From Vicugna vicugna (lineage: Eukaryota): DNA of 64,000 bases. Both the position numbers and the translations under genes were made by a program. The first letter of the stretch is position 1, and each line of letters opens with the position of its first letter. The notes under the pieces were generated by a model. It had not been told where the DNA came from. It did not search any database and worked only from the letters and a program-made list of their open reading frames with translations. The DNA lies in the NCBI GenBank assembly GCA_013265495.1, contig MU063499.1:1736001-1800000 (forward strand), given 5' to 3'. Shown here one piece after another: positions 35,751-50,949 of this stretch.

Positions 35751-36439
35751 GATGAAGGGAGAATCAGGGATCCTTTAGGTCCTCTTTAGACAGGGAAGTC
35801 AGGGAGGGCTTCTGAGAGGAGGTGACGTTGGAGGGAACTCCTGGAAGAGGTGAAGGCCCTGGCTGTGGGGAAGAAAGATGAGAACATTGAGGCTCTAAGA
35901 GGTTTGGGGCTATACTCAAGGTCAACTCGAGGGATCCAGAGTGACAGCCCAGGAAACTTGTTGGCAGCTGGCCCTGGTTGAGGCCACTGCAGAGCTCTGG
36001 CCCCTGTAATCTCCCCTGCAGAGAGGCCCGAGGGCACTCATTATGTTTTCAGGAGGCAGCTTCCTCCCTGCCCCTGTGCCTGTTCTAGTGGCCTTGGCAC
36101 TCAGGGAAGGACTATTTTAATCTGTGTGGGAAATTGGTTCCTAAATATGGACTGAGTAGGATGGGAGACATTGAGAGGCTCCAACTCAGGGCAGTTCCAC
36201 CTGCTCCTCCACCTCAGCAAAGCACAGGGTGCAGGCCCGGGCCATGAGGCTCTCTGGCCTCTCCTTGACCATCCACCTCCATCCTCCCTACCCTCTTATC
36301 ATACCCCTCTTCCCATCCTTTGTTTGTTCAGAAGCCCAATGTTTTCTGCTAGGCTTCAGCCAGGGACTCCCAGGTTAACCTGACCTACTTCTGCCTTCAA
36401 GCTGCTTCCAGTCTGGTGGGAGGTACAGAGGCAAAAACC

Positions 36440-36850
36440 ATTGAGGGAACTGCTGGAGAATTTTCCAGAGGACAAGACATCTGAACTGAGCCCAGAAGGT
36501 TCCTCAAAGGGAGAAAGTTGGCCCAAAGGCGAAGGAGATGAAGTGAGAGTTCACATGGCATAAGCAGAGAGTGAGGCCTGTTTGGGACCAGCATGTACAT
36601 CATTCTGACCAGAACCCAAAGTGTTCTGGGGTCAGAGGAAAGAGCAGGGAGAGGAAGGCAAGGCCTGGATGCCAAGGGAGGAGGTGGCCTTTATTTGGAG
36701 GACCAAGGGTAGGGATTTAAAGGTAGAGAAGGGCCAGAGAGAGAGAGAGGTGGGGCTGAGGAACCCACTGAAAGTGTTCCAGTTGTGGGCTTGGGGTCTT
36801 ATGAGAGAAGAGAGAGTACCCTGGTATAGGGATTGGGTACCAGAAGCAGG
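36440..36850 (-). mobile_element. L2 LINE relic
   Basis: Purine-rich antisense-L2-like text; by resemblance only. Confidence 0.45.
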
Positions 36851-38287
36851 GCAGAGTGAGGAGGGGGTCCAGGAGCCAGCCTGGGGGCCCTGGTAGGACA
36901 CAGTCAGGTCAGGCTAGGGAAGAGGGGCCAGGGAGAAGTGTTAGGAGGCAAGCAGAGAAGGGGTGCAGAGAGGACAGAACAGGGAGGGAGGATGGCACAT
37001 CTTTGACCCTGTGGCTAAAGTCTGAGGTCCCCCTGGCTAAAGCCACCTCAGGACACAATGTGGGTGAACTGGTGTGGTGATTGGGGATGACCGAGCCTCT
37101 ACCCCCAGCACTGTTAAGTAAGAAGCTGGGGCTTGGGAGCTGTGTGGGTGCAGAACAGAGGGGTGTTCTGGGAGGCAGAGGCAGCATTCTCAAGGGATCC
37201 ATGGTTTCCAGGCTGGGAGTGTCTCCTTACAGCCGCCTCCATGCACAGCCCGTCCTGGTCTAGGGAGTGGAGCAGGGACCCCGGAGTGGAGGGGCTGGCC
37301 CAGCTCCTTGCACTCCAGGCCAGAGTCAAGGTGAATAGCTCGGAGATGGAGCAGCCGCGGGCCAGCAGATGCGAGAACCCACCGCCTTCCTCTCTACCCC
37401 AGTTGGTCTTTGCCTAGAGAGCTTGGTCCCAGAGCCTGCCCCACACAGTGCCCTGGCAGGAAGCACCATTCTGTAGGGGAGGAAACCAAGACCAGTAGTG
37501 GCCCAGGGTCCTGTGGGTGCTGAGCAAGATGGACCTGATCTGAGCTTATCTGGTCCTCAGCCCTGCTCCACTAGGAAACAAATGTGAGCAGCCCTACTAG
37601 GGGATGGCTCATCCCTGCTCTCCCTACTCTGGGCCATCTCCCTCTGCATGCTGACTTCTCTGCCCACTTCAGGATCTTGCTCATTTCCGGTGATTGGCCT
37701 TAAGGTTGGCAGCCAGAGCCCAGGGCTGAGTTAACCTGAACAAGGATCCTGCCGCCCGCCCACCCACCTGCTGCCTACCTTGCTGTGATGCATCCTGTGG
37801 GGCTGACTCTGTCATTACTCCATTTTACAGAGTTGTGGACTATGGCTTGGAGCTGTGATTGCCTGAGGTCACACTGAGTCATTGGAGGAATTTAGCCCCA
37901 GGCCCGGACCCCACGCCACCAGGCCATCTGTCACCTCCTTCAAGTAGGGTCCTCCGTGCCCCCAGACTCTATCTCTGGGTTTACATTCTTGTGCCATCCC
38001 ACTGTGAAAATCAAGCTCAGGGATATGTGGCCCCTGGCCTGGGGTCTCACAGCTAATATGTGATTTGACTACAAAACCTACTCAATTTCCACTTCCTTGC
38101 TGCCCCTGGGAAGGGAGACAGGAGCTTCTGTGGTCTTGAGCCCATCCATGCTTTCAGCCACCTCCCAGGCCTTCCCAAGCTACCAGCCGGGCTGCTTGAA
38201 GCTAACCTCAATCAAATCCAGGTGCTCATTGGACCACGAATCAGGAAAACCTGAATTTGAGCCCTCATTTTGCCCTTCATAGGCTGA

Positions 38288-38656
<369 letters not shown>

Positions 38657-39079
38657 TAGCAGCCTCAGGAGACACCGCAGCCCCTGGGGGCGGGGGGGAA
38701 CCTGTGCAGCTGGCCACAGGGCATCCTACAAGGGTGGGAAGGAAGTCAAAGGGCTCTAATATGTCCTCCCTGGCTGTGATTTCCGCTTTGCGAGGAGAAG
38801 GTGGAAGAGCTGTCAGAGAAGGCCTCCAAGCCCTGAACACGGGTTGGGGGGAGATTTGGGGAAGACCAGGACGTACATGGTCCCCTCAGCTTTCTCCTTC
38901 CCACCTGGATGTGTGCTCCCGTGGTCCCACCTGGTGCTGGAGCCAGCGGACTCCTCCACCCCAGGCTTCTCCACTAGCACTGTGGCTCAGTCCTGACCTT
39001 TCTCAGACCCTGGGCCCTTTGTCTTGGCCTCCAGCTCCCCTCTGTCTTCCTTTCAAGTTCCCCCTCACCCCACAGGGTA

Positions 39080-39350
39080 GCAGCTCTTGAGTCAGATTTG
39101 GGGTTCAGATCCTGGCTCTGCTGCCCACTAGCTGTGTGGCCTTGGGCAGTTGCTAACCTCTCTGAATCACTGTAACTCCCACATGAAATGTGGAGGAAGA
39201 TCTTAATGTAGCATTCACCCTGTTCATTCTAAGTGTTCCAGTGTATTGCTGATTCAATCTCCACTACTCTGTGAGGTTGGTGCTATAATCCCTGTTTTAC
39301 AAACTAAGAAGCTGAGGCACAGAGAGGTGAAGGGACCAGCCCAGGATCAC
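39080..39350. mobile_element. Two adjacent MIR fragments in opposite orientation
   Basis: Plus MIR (GCTGTGTGGCCTTGGGCAGTTGCTAACCTCTCTG) at about 39080-39215; minus MIR (GAAGCTGAGGCACAGAGAGG) at about 39240-39350. Confidence 0.65.
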
Positions 39351-39738
39351 ACAGCAGCACACATGAATGGTTTGCCCAGGGCACAGCCCACAGGAGATGC
39401 TCAGAGAACAATGGTCATGATGATGATAGTTGACATCCTCATTTGGGGAAACTTGGATAAGTGTGGGGCTACCAGGTAGGGACTGTGCCACTGGGAACAC
39501 AGGGACTCCCTGGTGAAGATCTGAGCCCACCATCCTCCCCTAGTTCTAAGAGTTCAGTTCAACCCACCCAAGCTAACAGCCCACCACACAGCAGGCTCTA
39601 CAAGGCACAGGGAGGCTGAGAGTGACCTTTCCCCAGGGGAAGAGCAGCAGGGCTTGAGGCCTGGGCCTGTGATTCGGGGCAGGGGTGGGTTGACGCCTGA
39701 TTCTCCCTCTCCCTGCTTACAGTCACCTTGTCTTATAG

Positions 39739-39803
39739 CATGGAAGGTGGTGAGTTGTTCAGCAGGATTCAGGAGCGTGGTGACCAGGCTTTCACTGAGA
39801 GAG
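39739..39803 (+). CDS. MAPKAPK3: MAPKAPK3 coding exon (65 nt)
   Basis: cttatag|CATGGAA...AGAG|gtatgt; MEGGELFSRIQERGDQAFTER. Confidence 0.98.
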
Positions 39804-40222
39804 GTATGTGCGTGCAGCTGGACCAGGGATTTGGGCTGGGATGGATCATACAGAGTTTCTGTATGATGCTGGGCAAGGCTCTGCTCCTCTCTGTGTCTCA
39901 GTTTCCCCAGCTGAACAGGAGAGGGTGGGACAGAGTGTCCATCTCCCAGGGGGTTCTGTGAGTCTATGACACCTTGTCGGAGGTAGACTCTATGGCCTTG
40001 GGATGGAGGCTTCAAGGCCTCTTGATGCCAACCAGCAGCTGAGCTGGGGAGAGGTAGCCCAGGCCTGCAGAAAGAGGTCCAGGTGAACTGCAGGCATCCC
40101 CAGAGGAACCTAGGCTGGTCCGAGTCAGGGTATGGGATGGGGGTTCTAGGTGGCAAGAGTGCTGTTACAGGCTCGTGCTTTCCCAGGAGGGATGATAGGG
40201 TGGAGTCCTCTAGGCTGCCTAA

Positions 40223-40411
<189 letters not shown>

Positions 40412-40619
40412 TAGTCCCAGCATCCACAAGATGGAATCCAGGGTCCTTGGTCAGCATTCAGGACCTCTGCCCCCCGGCCCAGACTGCTCTTCTCAGCCTC
40501 TTCTCCCGTGGTCCCCACAAACCCACTGTGCTCTAATCAGACAGGTCTCCTTGTTTCCTTCAAAACTGTAATCTGAATTGCCATAAGAATGACTGAGTGC
40601 CGACCTCAAGCCAGTAGGT

Positions 40620-40750
40620 CCTAGTAAGAAGCATCTCATTTAATCCTCACCCAGCCTGTGAGATGGATGCTGTTACCCATTTTACAAATGAGGAGCCCTA
40701 GAGAGATTAAGTATCTTGCTCAAGGCTGTGCAGTTGCTGCACTGGGATTC
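40620..40750 (-). mobile_element. MIR SINE fragment
   Basis: CTCATTTAATCCTCAC...CCCATTTTACAAATGAGGA. Confidence 0.75.
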
Positions 40751-41981
40751 ATTCATTCATTTGTTCATTCACCAAGGATTTTGGGGAGACACAATGTGCC
40801 AGGCCTCAGGCCGGGGCTGCCTGATGCTGTTGGGTCTTCTGTGAAGTAGCAGCCATAGTTTCAATAGGTTGGGCCCTCTAATGCCAGCATTTTAAGGCAA
40901 AGAAGCCATTGGCTGGGCACTGGAGAAAGGAGCAGAGGTAACCCAATTGCTGGACCTACTTGCCCTTCCAGTGGACAGGCTTGCGAGATGTTCTCTCCAA
41001 ATTTCCTGCCCAGGGAGGACTGGATCTCAGAGGTGATCGGGATCAGGTGGATGAAATGTAAACTGAGGCAGCCTCACATACACACATACACACACACAAT
41101 GCACGTGCCAGCCCCCGTCAGAGCAGAATCTACAGCTCCCTTCGCCGCATTCCTAGAGCATGATCCCCTAGGCTGTTTCCTCCTGAGACTGGGCAGACGA
41201 GACCTGAGGGTCCAGCTGCTGCATCAGGTCCTTCCTCTGGCTGAGTAACGCCAACCCATACAGTTAGCCTTTGATTTTGGATACAAGTGAAGCCACAGTA
41301 GACTCACCTTCTGAACTCTTGCTTTATTTTTGGCCTTGGCTTCCTTTTTTCCCTTGAGGGGAGAAAAGCCTTCTGCAGAGAAGATTCCTTTGTGTAGACT
41401 AAAACTGCTTCCTTGTTTTATCCCAATCCAAGGTAAGATTTTCTCAAATAGAACCTGAGAAATAGCTTTCACTGGCTCCAGACTGGAACTCCATCTAACG
41501 TCCCATCCTTCTACCCAACTCTGCTGCCCTTCTCCATGGGCCTAGGTCCTACCTGTTCATTAAAAACCAGCTTCAGGGCTGCCTCCTCCATGCAGCCTTC
41601 ATCCCTCAGACTGTCTGTGCTCTATAACCAGGAAGGTTGGCCTCTGTGCAGCTCCTTGGGGCCTAAGCGGAGGGGCCTTCTCCCTGAACAACCTCAAGGG
41701 GGCCTGTCCTGTGGGCTCATCCTGGGCTGGGCACAGGAAGTATGCTCAGAAGTTCCTGCCCCTGGGCTTTCTGTGGCACTTGGTTATCCACACCCTTGGT
41801 TGAACACCTGCCTCAGTTTCCACTCTGCCAAGTTACTTCTTAGCCAGCTTAGTCTTCTCCATATTTGGCCCACATTGTTGGTGGCCGAGAACAGGGTCTT
41901 TTTAATGAGATGGGCCTGGCTTCTCCTGCCTCAATCTAGATGAAAGAGGGAGGGAGGAAGTCTGGCTAAAGATCACCCTGA

Positions 41982-42233
<252 letters not shown>

Positions 42234-42273
42234 TAAAGCCCGGTGAGGAGGGAGGGGAGGATTCTGTCTGCAT

Positions 42274-42405
42274 NNNNNNNNNNNNNNNNNNNNNNNNNNN
42301 NNNNNNNNNNNNNNNNNNNNNNNNNNNNNNNNNNNNNNNNNNNNNNNNNNNNNNNNNNNNNNNNNNNNNNNNNNNNNNNNNNNNNNNNNNNNNNNNNNNN
42401 NNNNN
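42274..42405. other. Assembly gap (132 N)
   Basis: N run in the intron after the DFG exon. Confidence 1.
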
Positions 42406-43103
42406 ATACGTGATAAAAGGCTGCCATCAGCTTGGGACAGAGCCCAACCGCGGTTGTTTTTCTCCAGTTTTTATCTTCCTGGGAGTCATATTCAGAGAGG
42501 GAGCAGGCGTTTCCTCCTACATTAGAGGGATACAGGGTACCAGCCACCTGCCTTGTGGGAGAGAGTCCCTTAGGCCAGGGCATGGCTGGGACCCAGGGTG
42601 GTGCACAGACTCATGCTTCCTGGAGAAACTCCCTGCTCCCGTGAGCGGGCAGCCCCCAGATCTGGACAGCCCCTGCTGCAAGTGGCCCTTCCCGGAGAGT
42701 GGGGCGATGACTCGTTTTACAGAAAGCTCTTCTCCTTCAGAATAAGCCTCCCAAGAGAGCTAGCTGCTTAAGGGGTAGGAAGCCCCTTGAGACAGCTGGA
42801 ACGGCACTGTTTACCAGGATGTGTTTTGCGGCATTTTAACTTGGAAGTCTTCTGGCCTCCCCCTGCCACTGCACAGGTGGGAAGACCAAGGCTCCGTGGG
42901 AGGGTAGCCAAGCTGGTAGTGGAACTCAGAGCCCTGGCCCCAGCTCCTCCTTGCCCGTGGCCTAGCCTGTGCATTCAGGAGGCAAGGGACACAGGGCAGC
43001 TGGTGGGCTGAGGCCCTCTCACCTATGGCAGGACCCCACCAAACCCCAGACTGCCCCTTTCTCCCTCTCCTCTCTCACCAAGGCTGAGACTGGCCCAAAG
43101 TAG

Positions 43104-43418
<315 letters not shown>

Positions 43419-43743
43419 TGAGTATAACCACCTCTGACTCCTGCACCCCCACCCCCATGTACCCTCAGTACCACTTCTGCCCCACCACCCGCCACCCTTG
43501 GTGAGGGGCTTAAGCAGGTCACACTTCATGTAGGTTGGCCTTCCCTCTGGTCATGGGACACCCCTCCTTCAGGCTGCCTGAAGGCCTCCCCAGGCCAAGG
43601 GCAGATGGTGTTCCTGGGATGAACCCCAGACTTGAGAGGCCTGGTATTGTTGCTGTGGTGTCTGGCTGTCTGTCTCCCCAGTGAGGGTCTTGGGGAGGAG
43701 AAGGGGTCCACTCTGGCACTGCCCCCATACCTGTGCTGAATGA

Positions 43744-43890
<147 letters not shown>

Positions 43891-44130
43891 TGAACCTTTG
43901 CCCCAGCTTCTCCACCAGACCCCACCAGCCTTCCTTCTGGGAGAGACCACTTTTTTGACCTGATGCTAGCTCCCCCACATCTCAGCTGTGACCCTAGGCA
44001 AGTCACCTAACCTTTCTGAAACTCAATTTTTATGTCTACCAAATGGGCTCAAAACCTCCCTCCTCAAAACTTCCCCTGTGTCTTTCATCCATATTTTCCC
44101 TTTCAGGACCACAAACAAGTCTGCCTTTAT

Positions 44131-44665
<535 letters not shown>

Positions 44666-44736
44666 TGACTTGCCTTTGTCCCTCACTGCTCCTATCAGGC
44701 TCCTTCACCCCCTGGGGCCTTGGTTTCCCCATCTGA

Positions 44737-44958
<222 letters not shown>

Positions 44959-45596
44959 TAATGACCACCTAGAACCTGGGTCTTCCGCCCCCTCTCCCAT
45001 TGACACAAGGTGTCAGTGACTGCACCAGTGATCCAATCTTGGCACTCAGAGCACTGGGCTGCTACCCCATTCAGGGTAGTGCTCTGGGCTTGCTCCCTCA
45101 ATGAAGCGGGCCAGGGACTCAGTGAAGGGGCTTTTGCCCCAAGCTTTGGCCACAACCCCTATTATAATCTGCAACATTGAGAGTGTGGTCAGCATGGTTT
45201 TAAACTCAGCAGAGGCCAGATTTGAGCATATGGCACAGCAGCTCAGAGCCAGGGCACCCAGGGCACAATCTTTGGGTCCTAGTGCCCTGGGTGCACAGCA
45301 AGATGGCATTCCCTGTGGGCCTTGTGGTTCTGAGCAGGTGACATTGGTCCAAGTCCCTGTCCTACTTATCCTTGGTGGTCCCAGGGATTCACTGTACTTC
45401 CTGTGCCTTAGTGGATAAGCTCAGAGTCTGCTGCAAGGGACTAGTGAGGATTAAGTGAGGCAAAAGTGTGGGAAGGTATACAGGAGGCCCTCGGGCAGCA
45501 AAGGCTGTCACTGACATAATTAAGGGGCTATCCAGACAGGAGGGTGATGGCTCTTGAGGTCAGTATATACTGATCTTCCCCCACACCCGTCCCCAG

Positions 45597-45749
45597 GAGG
45601 AAATGACCAGCGCCCTGGCGACCATGCGTGTGGACTACGACCAGGTGAAGATTAAGGACCTGAAGACCTCTAACAACCGGCTCCTCAACAAGAGGAGGAA
45701 GAAGCAGGCAGGCGGCTCCTCGGCCTCGCAGGGCTGCAGTAATCAGTAG
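45597..45749 (+). CDS. MAPKAPK3: MAPKAPK3 last coding exon (153 nt): NES, NLS/p38 docking, stop
   Basis: ccccag|GAGGAA...CAGTAG; EEMTSALATMRVDYDQVKIKDLKTSNNRLLNKRRKKQAGGSSASQGCSNQ*. Total CDS 1155 nt = 384 aa. This exon is missing from the ORF track. Confidence 0.98.
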   Translation, partial: EEMTSALATMRVDYDQVKIKDLKTSNNRLLNKRRKKQAGGSSASQGCSNQ

Positions 45750-47040
45750 CTCATGGGGTCATGGAGGAGCAGGGCCTCTCAGTCTGGAGGACACAGTGGA
45801 GTGTGCGGAAGCCTTGACCTGGAGAGCCCAGGGTCATTTTTTAAACAAAAGAGTTATTTTATTGTGTTTTAATTTGTTACTTGGAACTTCAGGATGGGGG
45901 ACTGTGACCCCAGTCCTTCAGGGTCCCAGCCTAGGTTGAGGCCCTAGAGAAGGGCCAAAGCCTGGGGGCTAGGGAGCGACCTGCTACAGCTGCTGTGCCT
46001 TTGGCCAGAGTGGCCTGAATGAACTGTGGCTCTGTGGTCCTGGGGCATGGCCTTAGACTTCTAGGCCACTGGGAGTTGTGGCTGGGCTTCCCTCCTTCTG
46101 TGGAAACAGTTCCCTGTAGGGTGGGCAGATGGGCCCGGCCTTGGCAAAGGCATCCGGTCACTGGTTGTCATGGTGACCAGGGACACGGTTGCTGTCTCTG
46201 AATGCTGAGTGAGTGAGCAAGGGAGGGAGAAGGGGCAATTGAGGGTCTGTGCGCCTTCTTGGGGAGGCTGCTCTCCCTCACGCTGCTTGCCCCGCTCAGA
46301 CTCACCCCTCTTTGGTCTCACTGAGGACACAGGGTCAGTCTGCCAGCCTCCCGGGGTGGTCCAGCCCTGTCTTGCTGCAACCCCATCCCACAGGGCCCTT
46401 GGAATTCTCCTTCCATAGAGTCCCTGGGCCCAGCCACCTTGTTACTACGCCCTCTACCCAAAGAGTGGCCTCTCATCTCAACTGAGGGTAGGAAGTATTT
46501 TTAACCCTTTTTTATTTTGGAGAACGTCACTGTGACAAAAGCCAGTGCAGTTTCCCTGCCCTAACCTGCTCATCGGATCCCAGAAAGGAAAGCCTCTCTC
46601 CTTAATGGCTCATCCTGTACTCTTGGTTGGTCCTAGGTGATGGCAGGGGTTGTCTCCTAGTGTACATCTGTGAGAGTGGATGGCTGGAGGCAGAGCCAAG
46701 AGGCTCCCGTTAATCAGGAGTCTCTTTATCCAGGTCAGACCCGAGGCAGCAGAAGGCTGCTCTGTGATGCTTAGAAGGTCTAGTCCTGGCTTTGGCCTGA
46801 GTCAGAGTGGAGAAGGCCCCTTCTTTCTGGTCCAGGCTCACCTAGTCCCATGCTGCCCACATAGCCTCAGGGTGCTGAATGCCTGATGTGGGCCCGGCAA
46901 GTGCCTGACACCCAGCTTGGTTCCTGGCTCCCAGTCCTTCTCTCACTGGCTGGGAAACCTTGGACCACCTTAGATAGGGCAACACTAACACTGCTGGGTT
47001 TTACATCCAAATATTAATAAACGACATTTTGGCATTTTCC
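45750..47040 (+). other. MAPKAPK3: MAPKAPK3 3'UTR (end approximate)
   Basis: From the stop to just past the AATAAA at 47016. Confidence 0.7.
47016..47021 (+). terminator. MAPKAPK3: MAPKAPK3 polyadenylation signal AATAAA
   Basis: First AATAAA I found after the stop, followed by a U/GU-rich downstream tract. Confidence 0.8.
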
Positions 47041-50000
47041 CCTGGTCCCTGGGTTTCTCTCTGTCTATATGAGTGGACAAAAGTGGCCCAAGGGCTTGTG
47101 CCCATACCCACTAGTGGTTTCACTCCTGCTGCAGAGGGTGCCTCAGGCCTGGTAAACATGCCAGGCTGACTCCAGGGCCACCCTGGTCTCAGCAGGTATG
47201 GAGAGGTCAGAGGAGCTGAGGGATGGCAGCTGCTCTGCGCCGCTCCGGTGCACTGAGTGTGTGACACCCGCCCCCGGCCTGGTGTGCACCAGTGTCTGCC
47301 CACAGTGGCCACCCCCAGCTGTGTGCCAGCCTGCTGAAGGGCGGGCAGAGCGCCTGCTGCAACGCTGAGCTATTTTCAGAAGCTGCCAGATTTCATTTGG
47401 CAGCGAGAATGTCGAGGAGGGGAGGAGGCGGGACGCTGGAACCTGTCTTTTGACGACTCCAGCGACAGAGCACCCTCAGCCCTTGGGAGCCCTTGCGGGC
47501 AGCCTTGGGGGGGCCCTAACTGTGGCATATTCCCCCAGCCCCTGTCCTCCCAGTTTCCCAAGAGCTCATCTGGCACCCACAGCCCCCGCCTCCCCCTCCA
47601 TTCCCCCCAGGGTGTGGGGGAGGGTGCGAACATGTTAGAAGGCAGGGACAGGCAAGCGCATCTGAGAGGATGCTGCTTCCTAGCCTGCCGACCTTGGACA
47701 AGTCTCCCAGCTTCCCCGCCTCACACTCCTCAAGGGTGTAGTGGGGATGGTAGTGCCCACCCTGGGGAGTCATCTGGGGGATCTGGGCAGATGATGTGTG
47801 TGAAGTACTTGGTGGGGTGCCTGGTACATGGCTCGTGCCCAGCACCCATTTGCCACCCCAGCATACTTAGCTGTCAGGAAGGAGGGAAGTACCTGAAGTT
47901 GCTCAGAAAAAAAGCAGCCAGCATCAAATCTACCTCTGGGACTTCCCACCCAGAAAATTAGGCTCTCTCCACCCATGGGGTCTCACTCCCAAAGGCCTGC
48001 TCTCCAAAGCAACATCATATGGGCCTCCTGGACGTTGATTCCGGCTTCAGGCTTCAAGGACGGTGGCCCACCCTTCTGAAGGGCTCCTGGGCTCCCCAAA
48101 TGAATTCTGGGGCCTTCACGGAGTCTGTGGTTCAGACTGACCCTCAACATGTACTTTGCCCAGTAAAACACAGGGCAGATGCAAAGGCAGGTGATTCTAC
48201 CTAGTCACAAAGCTGCAGAGTTGCCAACTGACTCCTTCACTTGGCTGCTGAGTGGCCACTGCCTGAGACTGCTGGGTGCACGGGAGGCAGCAGTGGACGC
48301 TGTGCACAGAGTCTCACCTCGGGGAGTTTACACTCGTGAGGGAGAAGGACAAAATACCACACAAATACGTGTTCAATCATGGGCTTGATACGGTCTGTGA
48401 AAGGAGGATGTGGCTTGAGAAGGTGTCATTATGTGGTTTAAGGCAAAGAAGGTATTTATGCTGCAGTGGCTGGGAAGTCTGCCTGATAGACTGCAGGGTT
48501 AAAGGCAGAACTGCAGGGACCAGGCCTCAGGGACAGAGGGGCTCTGTGCGCCCCTCAGCTCTGCCTGGCTGTGCCTCTGCTGAGGGCCAGCCTGGACCGT
48601 TCCCACATGAGGACCAGAGGTTCAGCAGTCCCAGCAGGGAGGCATCTGCTCAGGTGTCTGCACGCCAGCCCCAGGGAAGGATTCTTATTGGCCATACTTG
48701 GCCCCTGGCTGTTGTTGGGCAGGGCATGGCCTCTCCTGTGACTAGGTGGGGAGGGGTGCAGCAGAGGTAGTTAGCAGAGGATGGGAAGTTCACTCCCGTA
48801 TCTCCCTCATCTGCTTGGCCACATCCAAGAGCCCATGAGGAAACTAGCCCAGGGACAAGCCCAGCCCTGCTGATTTCTGGCATCAAGTGCAACTCTCACG
48901 AGTCAGACCTGGGAGGCTGGATGCCTGGCTGAGTCACACTCTGGGGCCTCAATGTGGCTGTCTGTGAAATGGGAGCAAACCCTGACAATTAGCTGGTATC
49001 AGGTGAGCTAATAAGCCAAGGGGCTACACGTGCACATCAGCCTATTTAGATACAGGCGTTTGCACAGGTTTCATGTGGCTTCCATGGGAGCTTTTGGTAA
49101 ACAACCCATTAGAGGTGTATTCACACGTGTGTGCGCGTGAGTGCACATGTATTTGTATGTGTGCATGTGTGGCGGGGGTTTCTTCCCAGTGATGCTCCCC
49201 CTGACCCAGCTGACAGCAGAGTTCTCTGTCTTGCAAACCTGGTGCTGGCTGGCTTCCAGAGGCCTGGCTCATTGCTATTCCACACCAGCCCCTCTCCACC
49301 CTCGATTCAGCCCCTCCACTGCAGCGGCAGAATTGAGCCTCAAAATGCATCCTGCCGCAACCTCTGCAGGGATCTCGATGATTCCAGACCTACTTGAAAT
49401 TCTCTCTCTCTGGCAGGCATGCAGAGAGGGCACAGGCCCCGGGTAGCTGTCTCCAGACCTGGCTGCCTTGGATGAGCTTTTGCATCCCTAGTGAGTCCTC
49501 ACAGCTGTCCCCATTCCTGGCAGGTTAAAATTCTTCCCTTTGTCCCTCTGGGCAGCCAGCATGTTCACCTCTTGGAATCGAGGCCAGCAGGCAGAGAAGG
49601 GTCTGGGAAGCCCACCTCCCACCCTGTGTGTGGGGTGGGCTGGGATTATTCAGTTTAGGGCCAGATCTGAGTTTTGGTTTACACGAAGCTGCGGACAAGG
49701 GAGTTCCTCTTTTTGAGGTTCTCCATCAATAAAATGAGACAATGATTAATCAGGGCCAGATGCTCTGGGCACCCTTGATAGACACGCTGCCATTGCTTCC
49801 TGGATTAGGAGTATACTCTGTGGTCTCAGGCAGAAAGTGCACTTTGCTGGGCCTCAGTTTTCTTATCTCTTAATATAGGAGTAATCCTCACAAGGGCGGG
49901 GCAAGGCTTCAGTGGAGAAGGGGAAGGGTGGCCAAACCCAAAGGCGGTGGTCATCAATGCAGCCCAAGTGTCTGCTAGTCTGCCCAGCTGCCAAGACTCT

Positions 50001-50114
50001 GCCAGGTCTGCCCTCTCTCCAGTTCCCCTGACCAGGAGAAGGCAGCCAGTGACTCAAGGGAACCAGTTTCCTGGGACTCAGAGCACCTGGTCAGGGCAGG
50101 TTAATTGGGGTATG

Positions 50115-50128
50115 GGGCCACCTGCTGG
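50115..50128 (-). promoter_or_regulatory. CTCF core motif candidate CCAGCAGGTGGC
   Basis: 12/12 match to CCASYAGRKGGC; binding untested. Confidence 0.4.
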
Positions 50129-50949
50129 TCACCTGGTGAGTATTTAGTAGATGCCTACTGTGTGCCACAGCCTGAGGGAGCTGTGGTCCTGCCTGGGTGG
50201 AGGGGAAGACCACAACATCATAATGAATAGCTTGTTTACTGAGTGCCCATTATACTCTAGGACTATACGGGATCACCTGGACCATCTCATTGAGTCCTCA
50301 CTCTCCCATCTTACAGAGGGGGAGACAGCCCTCAATCTCTTAGGCAGAGGAGGTCAGAGGAAGGAATGCTGCTTTTGACTGGTGATAAACATACAGGGCT
50401 TCCGAGAGGTGATGGCACGTGAATTTGAAGGGCAAATTTGGATAGACGAAGATTTGGGAAAAGGGCATTCCAGCTGGCGGGTAAAGGGTGAGGCAACAAA
50501 AGGAGGCAGGAATGGGACGTGCCATATGGAGAACAAGTCTGCTTAATGAGTGAGAGGCAGCCATGGCAAGGAAGTCTCTCATTTCCTCATCCCATCTCCT
50601 GGAGGATGGGGACCTCAGGAGTGAAGCAGTCCCTCCTCCCCATATCCACATCTGCCTCCCCTAGAGATATACCTGGCTTTTGATGCTAGCTTGTCAGTCT
50701 GTCTACTTCCTACTGGTACAGCCTTTTCAGGTGGCTCCTGAAAATAGTTGCATCTTTTTACACTGGACTCCCTGGACCCTCAGGGTGTGGCAGGGGAGTC
50801 CTAGGGCCCGCCACCCCTGCTTCCAACAGAGCTGTTTTTTATATTGGAGTTTCTCCTGAGATTTGATTTGAATAAGAGCTTGTGTGCTTTTCAAAAGTGT
50901 ACAGATCACTGAACTAGATACTTAACAAAATGTATCTCAAATTCTGTAG

